Shown: piece by piece, positions 59,135 to 64,000 of the stretch
Layout of the letters: every line of letters starts with the position of its first letter
How positions within the stretch are numbered: position 1 is the stretch's first letter
DNA from: Maritalea sp.
Lineage (GTDB): Bacteria; Pseudomonadota; Alphaproteobacteria; Rhizobiales; Devosiaceae
Assembly (NCBI RefSeq): GCF_047634455.1
Contig: NZ_JBLIAI010000004.1
Span: forward strand, 48,211-112,210
Length of the DNA stretch: 64,000 bases
Direction: 5' to 3'
Translations under genes and position numbers: made by a program
The notes under the pieces: model-generated
The model's input: the letters and a program-made list of their open reading frames with translations, nothing else
Database searches by the model: none
Told to the model about the DNA's origin: nothing

Positions 59135-59150
59135 TGGCATACTCATTGCA
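59135..59150 (+). promoter_or_regulatory. Sigma54 (-24/-12) promoter
   Basis: TGGCATACTCATTGCA has GG-N10-GC spacing with TGGCA and TTGCA flanks, about 57 bp upstream of ATG 59207. Confidence 0.65.
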
Positions 59151-59206
59151 CTCTATTTGGCAACCGCAACAGGGCGGCCAATTTGGTCAAGCAAATAGAG
59201 GTTATT

Positions 59207-59926
59207 ATGAATAACACAGCAAAAATTATCTCAGTAGCAGCATTCGCACTCGCAACAACAACAATTAGCGCATCAGCTTGGGAGTTGACATCATACATCA
59301 CCAACACCCAAACATCGCCCGCTCTTGTAACGCAAAACACCAATATCAATATCGGTTCTGTTGCAGAGGATTTGGAAGTAACAGGATTGGCAATCGGTAA
59401 CGACTTCCAAGCAAACCTGCTTGGCAATGTGAACATCGAAACAACGCAAGCTTTTGGTTCTGACGTGCGCTCAACTGTCAACGTTAACGTTGGTGAAGTT
59501 TGGGGTGATACAAAAATCGCGAACCTTGCAATCGGCTCAAATGTTGACATCAAAACGTCAGCAAACCCATGTGATTTTGGCGGCGAATGCTTGGGAACTC
59601 ACGTTGTAACAATCAACAACGATCAGTCATTCATCACTCCACCACCAGCTGTTCCGCCACGTCCGATTGATCCAATCGCGATCAGCAACATAAACATTGG
59701 CACGACAAATGGTGCGTTTGAACTCACAAACTTGGCTTCAAACAACCAGTTTAAAGTAACCTCACCTGGTGCCATTTTGGACATCACATCAACTCAAGGT
59801 GCTGGTGCAATCACAACGTCAAACGCCAACGTCAATATCCAAGAAGCGCTACAAGGTGTTAAAGTAACATCAGCTGCAATCGGCAACTCAGTGAACATTT
59901 CTAACGTGTTCCCAAGCACCGACTAA
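59207..59926 (+). CDS. Secreted Asn/Thr/Ile-rich beta-repeat protein, HfaE/HfaD-like putative amyloid subunit
   Basis: Sec signal ending ASA; four ~45-aa repeats ending LAIGN / LAIGS / LASNN / AAIGN; GAGG RBS; next to hfaA/hfaB. Confidence 0.7.
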   Translation: MNNTAKIISVAAFALATTTISASAWELTSYITNTQTSPALVTQNTNINIGSVAEDLEVTGLAIGNDFQANLLGNVNIETTQAFGSDVRSTVNVNVGEVWGDTKIANLAIGSNVDIKTSANPCDFGGECLGTHVVTINNDQSFITPPPAVPPRPIDPIAISNINIGTTNGAFELTNLASNNQFKVTSPGAILDITSTQGAGAITTSNANVNIQEALQGVKVTSAAIGNSVNISNVFPSTD

Positions 59927-59951
59927 TCAACACATTTGGTTGACCAAAGAG

Positions 59952-59981
59952 GGGGTAGCGAGCGATCGCTGCCCCTTTTTT
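59952..59981 (+). terminator. Intrinsic terminator between the HfaE-like gene and hfaA
   Basis: GGGGTAGCGA-GCGA-TCGCTGCCCC followed by TTTTTT. Confidence 0.85.
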
Positions 59982-60060
59982 GTTTAGCATTCAATTAACC
60001 AAACTTGTTTACTTTAAGCGCCAACAACTGCAATCCTCAGCTCCAATAAGGGATTCTCAC

Positions 60061-60489
60061 GTGCGAGTAACGAGTATCAGCTTTCTGATTGCCGCCCTTC
60101 TGGCATCAACCAACCAATCAGTCTTCGCTGAAGATCTTTCCAGTCCGGGCATGGATTGGGCAGAAGACAATTTTGGTTGGACCGATGATGAAGAAAAATC
60201 AATTTCAAAATTTGGCCTTCGCGACAGCAACGGCAATGTGACTTTCACCAACACATTTAGCGGCTTTTGGAACGGCACTGTATTTGATTATGGCGTTCTG
60301 TCTACCGGCACAATTGATCAAAATGGCAACAATGGATCAACCGGCGGCGGCATCAATGTCACGGTTGGCGGCAACATCATGAATGTCATTACCTCTGGCA
60401 TCAACAACACTGTGATTGTGGATGCGGACCAAACAAACACCGGCGACCAGTCAAGCACCATTGAGCTGAACGGCAACCTTCTATTTTGA
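60061..60489 (+). CDS. hfaA: Holdfast anchoring protein HfaA-like secreted protein
   Basis: GTG start, signal peptide, RDSNGN, and C-terminal GGNIMNVITSGINNTVIVDADQTNTG, which matches the HfaA pattern as I recall it (RDANGN...GNNLxVxxxGxxNTVIVxxxQxNxG). Confidence 0.72.
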   Translation: MRVTSISFLIAALLASTNQSVFAEDLSSPGMDWAEDNFGWTDDEEKSISKFGLRDSNGNVTFTNTFSGFWNGTVFDYGVLSTGTIDQNGNNGSTGGGINVTVGGNIMNVITSGINNTVIVDADQTNTGDQSSTIELNGNLLF

Positions 60490-60497
60490 GTAAACAC

Positions 60498-61382
60498 ATG
60501 AAAAAACTGATATCAGCACTCACAGCATTAACCCTGGTCGCAGGCTGTGCTGGCCCAGTGGGCAGTTCGAAACTTGGCTATGCCCAACCCATCGGCGGTT
60601 CACAAGTTACAAAGAACGGCACAATCTATTCAAGCGCACTGACCTGTATGGCCGAAGCGGCGAAGGCGAATGGCGCCATCATTCCACGTATCGCGGTCGG
60701 ATCGATTTCAGACTACACGCAAAAAGCCGACGAAGATGGCGGCAAGAAAGTCACTCAAGGCGCATCATTAATGGCCATGAGCGCGTTTTCCAAAGCGGGT
60801 GCAAATCTTGTCGAACGGTTTGACATGAGCATCCCTGAGGCTGAACTTAAGCTGGCCAACAATAAACTGATCGGTGACGCGGGCGGTGACCCAAGATTGA
60901 ACCCTAATGCGGCCAAGTCGCCTTATCGCCCGATCAATGCGGGCATGATTGAAGGCTCTGACTTCTTGCTTTTGGGTGGCATCACCGAGCTCAATTACAA
61001 TATTTCGTCCCAGGGCATAAATGGCTTTTACAATGACAGCTCAGTGCAAGGCATCAAAGCCGCCTTTAAAGGCAAAACTTACGTAATGAATGTCGGGCTC
61101 GACCTGCGGCTGGTGGACTCAAAATCGCTGCGCGTGGTCGACACAGTTTCATTGCAAAAACAAATTCTTGGCCGAGAAGTTTCAGGCGGCGTTTTCGCCT
61201 TCCTATTTGGCAAGCAAATATTTGACATTGGCGGCGGCGATCGCGCCTTGGAGCCAATCCAGTGGGCTGTTCGCTCGGTTATTGAACGTAGTGTCTTGGA
61301 CATGAGCAGCAAAATCTATCAGGTTGAAATTGCACAATGCCTCAACTTCGCAGACAGCAAATATGACTATTTCAGTGGCTAG
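60498..61382 (+). CDS. hfaB: HfaB / CsgG-family outer-membrane lipoprotein
   Basis: Lipobox LVAGC, IAVGSISDYT, VTQGASLMAMSA, LVERFD, GGITELNYNI, VGLDLRLVD, SLQKQI, EPIQWAVRSVIER. Confidence 0.85.
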   Translation: MKKLISALTALTLVAGCAGPVGSSKLGYAQPIGGSQVTKNGTIYSSALTCMAEAAKANGAIIPRIAVGSISDYTQKADEDGGKKVTQGASLMAMSAFSKAGANLVERFDMSIPEAELKLANNKLIGDAGGDPRLNPNAAKSPYRPINAGMIEGSDFLLLGGITELNYNISSQGINGFYNDSSVQGIKAAFKGKTYVMNVGLDLRLVDSKSLRVVDTVSLQKQILGREVSGGVFAFLFGKQIFDIGGGDRALEPIQWAVRSVIERSVLDMSSKIYQVEIAQCLNFADSKYDYFSG

Positions 61383-62067
61383 TTGGCAACAGGCGATCAA
61401 TGTCGCAAATTCGATCAGGCTATTCGGCTCACTTTTGACAGTCATATGCTTGTCATCAACAATCTATGCGCAAGACTTAAATGGCCAATTGACGCTAGAC
61501 CAAACGCATACAGGGACGCAATTCACTGAAAATATCATCAATGTTGAAGATTTTTCAGGCACCTACATCAAGGACACCACCTTGGCGGTGGGCAATCAGG
61601 TCATCGCCGATCTTCAAGATGGTGGCGCAACGATTACCCAATTACAAACTGGCATTGCCACAGCCTATTCAACAGTCAATGTTGGCAAAGGAACCTTGTT
61701 GCTTGACACATCTATTGTATCTGGCAACGCGATCACCCTAACGGGGGATGGAAACGTGCACGAGTTTACAGCTAACATTGGCCAAACCAATTCTGGCCCA
61801 ACGACAGCGGATATTTTGCTCAATGCCGGTGCCATCGAATTTTATGGTGCGATTTTGGATGTGTCCGGAAATGACGGCAAATTGACGTCTGACCAGTTTC
61901 GGTCAAACTTCTTGTTAAACCAGGAAAATTCAGGTGATAATGTGGGCATCGTACGCCAATCAGGCGGCCTATCCAGCGCAAAAACCAACATAGTTATTTC
62001 TGGCAACAAAGCAAATTTCGGCTCCAAACAACAAATACCCGCGCGCGAGCCAGCCTATCGGCAATAG
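61375..62067 (+). CDS. Short HfaD-like secreted beta-repeat protein
   Basis: Overlaps the hfaB end, signal peptide ending IYA, repeats LAVGN / IVSGN / DVSGN / VISGN with Q-x-N/H-x-G motifs. Start uncertain (61363 or 61375). Confidence 0.6.
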   Translation: MASWQQAINVANSIRLFGSLLTVICLSSTIYAQDLNGQLTLDQTHTGTQFTENIINVEDFSGTYIKDTTLAVGNQVIADLQDGGATITQLQTGIATAYSTVNVGKGTLLLDTSIVSGNAITLTGDGNVHEFTANIGQTNSGPTTADILLNAGAIEFYGAILDVSGNDGKLTSDQFRSNFLLNQENSGDNVGIVRQSGGLSSAKTNIVISGNKANFGSKQQIPAREPAYRQ

Positions 62068-62214
62068 CAGCTTGGCGTTGCTGAACTGTTCGTTCACATC
62101 TCATAAAACCTATGGATAGAGTTGCGGGGCAGACATGGGGAACCGACTTGATCAACCAATATGGACATTGATCAAATTTTGCTATTATGCTTGATCGACG
62201 AAGTGGAGAGTGAG

Positions 62215-62448
62215 ATGGCAAAGTTAGTCGTGGTCATGGCATTTAAGCGAAATGAAGATGGGGAGCTATTGGCTGCAATGGAACCCCTCCAGGCGACCAG
62301 CGAAGGCGCGGCCATTAGTCGGGCCAAACTGTTGGCAGCAGATCATGACGGTGTGTTGGCATGGTCACGCGAAGCTGATCCCGCCATTGGCGAATATGGT
62401 GAACCAGTTGAGTTGTTCCGATCCGGTGAAATCCCCGATATTGATTAA
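62215..62448 (+). CDS. Small acidic hypothetical protein (77 aa)
   Basis: GGAG RBS; MAKLVVVMAF...GVLAWSREADPAIGEYGEPVELFRSGEIP resembles small conserved Rhizobiales proteins. Confidence 0.7.
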   Translation: MAKLVVVMAFKRNEDGELLAAMEPLQATSEGAAISRAKLLAADHDGVLAWSREADPAIGEYGEPVELFRSGEIPDID

Positions 62449-62740
62449 GGTCTGGAACACCATTTCTCAATTCTGGCCAAATTTTGTCCGCATTCTTGAT
62501 CGCGTGCGCGTAGTTTGGCACACACCTTGTGCCAATCTTTTGCGCAATAGCATCCTGATTTAAAATCTCACCAAATCTTTTTTTACCCAACATATTCCCC
62601 TGTCCTCAGTTTCAGGGGACAAAGTGTCTGCAAATCTACAGGCAATTCAAATGTAATGAATTGATCAGGGCGGCGTCTATATGTGTAGACGACCTTTAAG
62701 GGCGTGAGTTTTCATTGGAGCTTCCCGAAGGAGCAATGTC

Positions 62741-64000
62741 ATGAGCAATCAGCCTATTTCTCACAAATCGGACGCCAAAGGAATAGCATCCTGGTTCCCC
62801 AGCGCATATACCATTCTGTTTTTCTTGATCATTATCGTTGCCGCGCTGAGTTGGATCATCCCGGCCGGACAATATGACCGCGTGATGAGCGATAGTGTTG
62901 GGCGCGAAATCGCTGTCCCTGGCACATATCAAACAGTCGATCCAAACCCACAAGGCTTCATGGACGTCATGCTTGCACCGGTTGCTGGATTTTATGATCC
63001 AGACAGCTATGCAGCCAATGCAATTGATGTTTCGTTATTTGTTCTGTTTCTGGGTGGTTTTTTGGGTGTCGTAAATGCGACCAAGTCCATTGACACCGGC
63101 ATACAAACCGCCATGCGGCGCATGAAGGGACGGGAAATCTGGATGATCCCGCTCTTAATGACCCTGTTTGCTATCGGTGGCACAACCTACGGCATGGCAG
63201 AAGAAACCTTGGCTTTCTACGCATTGTTAATCCCGGTAGTTCTTGCGGCTGACTTTGACGCAATCACGGGCGTTGCCATCATTATGATTGGCGCGGGTAT
63301 TGGCACGCTTGGTTCAACGATCAACCCTTTTGCAACGGTCATCGCATCAAACGCTGCGAGCATTCCCTTCACCGATGGCATGGCCTTACGGTTTATTTTC
63401 CTCATCGGCGGCCTCCTTATCAGTATCGCGTTTGTAATGCGCTACGCCGCACGTGTAAAAGCTGATCCCAGCCGGTCAATTGTAGCCGCACAGCGCGAAG
63501 AGAACCGCAATATCTTCCTTAAAAACGCAGATGGCAAAGATAGTGCGCCTGTTCTGACTGGCACTCAAAAACTAATCTTAGTTCTGTTCTTTGCAACCTT
63601 CGCGGTTATGATTTGGGGCGTCTCCAGCCAAGGTTGGTGGATGGCACGCATGGGTGCATTGTTCTTTGGCATGGCGATCGTCATAGGCCTTGTCGCGCGC
63701 ATGGGCGAAAAACAACTCACAACAACTTTTGTTGACGGTGCAAAAGACCTACTCGGCGTCGCCTTAGTCATCGGCTTAGCACGCGGCATCGTTGTGGTTA
63801 TGGAACAAGGATTGATCGCAGACACTATTCTGTTCAGTGCAGCGGCTACATTGGGCGCGCTGTCAAATATTGCCTTTATCAACGTCATGCTTTGGATTGA
63901 AATCGCGATGAGCTTTCTCGTCCCATCCTCTTCTGGTCTCGCCGTTTTATCGATGCCTATCCTTGCCCCACTCGGCGACTTTGCAGGTGTCAACCGCGAC
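62741..64000 (+). CDS. YfcC-family transporter, 3' end outside the window
   Basis: Manual translation MSNQP...FPSAYTILFFLIIIVAALSWIIPAGQYDR, GGTTYGMAEET, GSTINPFAT, PSSSGLA; AAGGAG RBS. Absent from the ORF track because there is no stop in the window. Confidence 0.87.
   Translation, partial: MSNQPISHKSDAKGIASWFPSAYTILFFLIIIVAALSWIIPAGQYDRVMSDSVGREIAVPGTYQTVDPNPQGFMDVMLAPVAGFYDPDSYAANAIDVSLFVLFLGGFLGVVNATKSIDTGIQTAMRRMKGREIWMIPLLMTLFAIGGTTYGMAEETLAFYALLIPVVLAADFDAITGVAIIMIGAGIGTLGSTINPFATVIASNAASIPFTDGMALRFIFLIGGLLISIAFVMRYAARVKADPSRSIVAAQREENRNIFLKNADGKDSAPVLTGTQKLILVLFFATFAVMIWGVSSQGWWMARMGALFFGMAIVIGLVARMGEKQLTTTFVDGAKDLLGVALVIGLARGIVVVMEQGLIADTILFSAAATLGALSNIAFINVMLWIEIAMSFLVPSSSGLAVLSMPILAPLGDFAGVNRD

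Noticed and set aside
59207-62067. Canonical curli csgBAC/csgEFG operon
   Set aside because: The repeats are about 45 aa with AIGN/SGN ends rather than the ~22-aa Q-x-G-x2-N curlin repeat, and the neighbours match HfaA/HfaB better.
62696-63993. Minus-strand ORFs at 62696, 63217 and 63565
   Set aside because: They are shadows of the plus-strand YfcC gene that runs off the window end.

Overview
A gene-dense chromosomal segment of roughly 50% GC (estimated by eye) from an alphaproteobacterium. Gene content suggests a marine Hyphomicrobiales/Devosiaceae-like organism; this is inference. From left to right it holds: the 3' end of a threonine aldolase; a DadA-family oxidoreductase; a CueR-box promoter driving a 41-aa ORF coupled to cueR; a bactofilin-like beta-helix membrane protein preceded by a CtrA box; a Tat-exported, circularly permuted flavin amine oxidase; a maltose/alpha-glucoside ABC cluster; a PotABCD-type ABC transporter interrupted by a 261-bp MITE; a TRAP/glutamine-synthetase-like/ALDH/Fe-ADH/FGase amine gamma-glutamylation cluster with an RpiR regulator; an HI0933 flavoprotein and hpt; a GH9 plus Opp-type oligosaccharide cluster; a MarR-aldolase-self-sufficient reductive dehalogenase operon with a divergent TRAP transporter; the four-gene Anbu operon; an Opp/Dpp system with aminopeptidase P; a compact hfaE-hfaA-hfaB-hfaD-like (CsgG-type, curli-like) locus preceded by a sigma54 motif; and a truncated YfcC transporter. 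I recognised no rRNA, tRNA, CRISPR array, transposase or prophage. The best candidates for undescribed biology are the hfa-like fibre/anchor locus, the aldolase-RdhA-TRAP module, the permuted amine oxidase, the CueR-controlled small protein and a shared RpiR-type operator array. All family calls come from motif recognition by eye; no database search was run.
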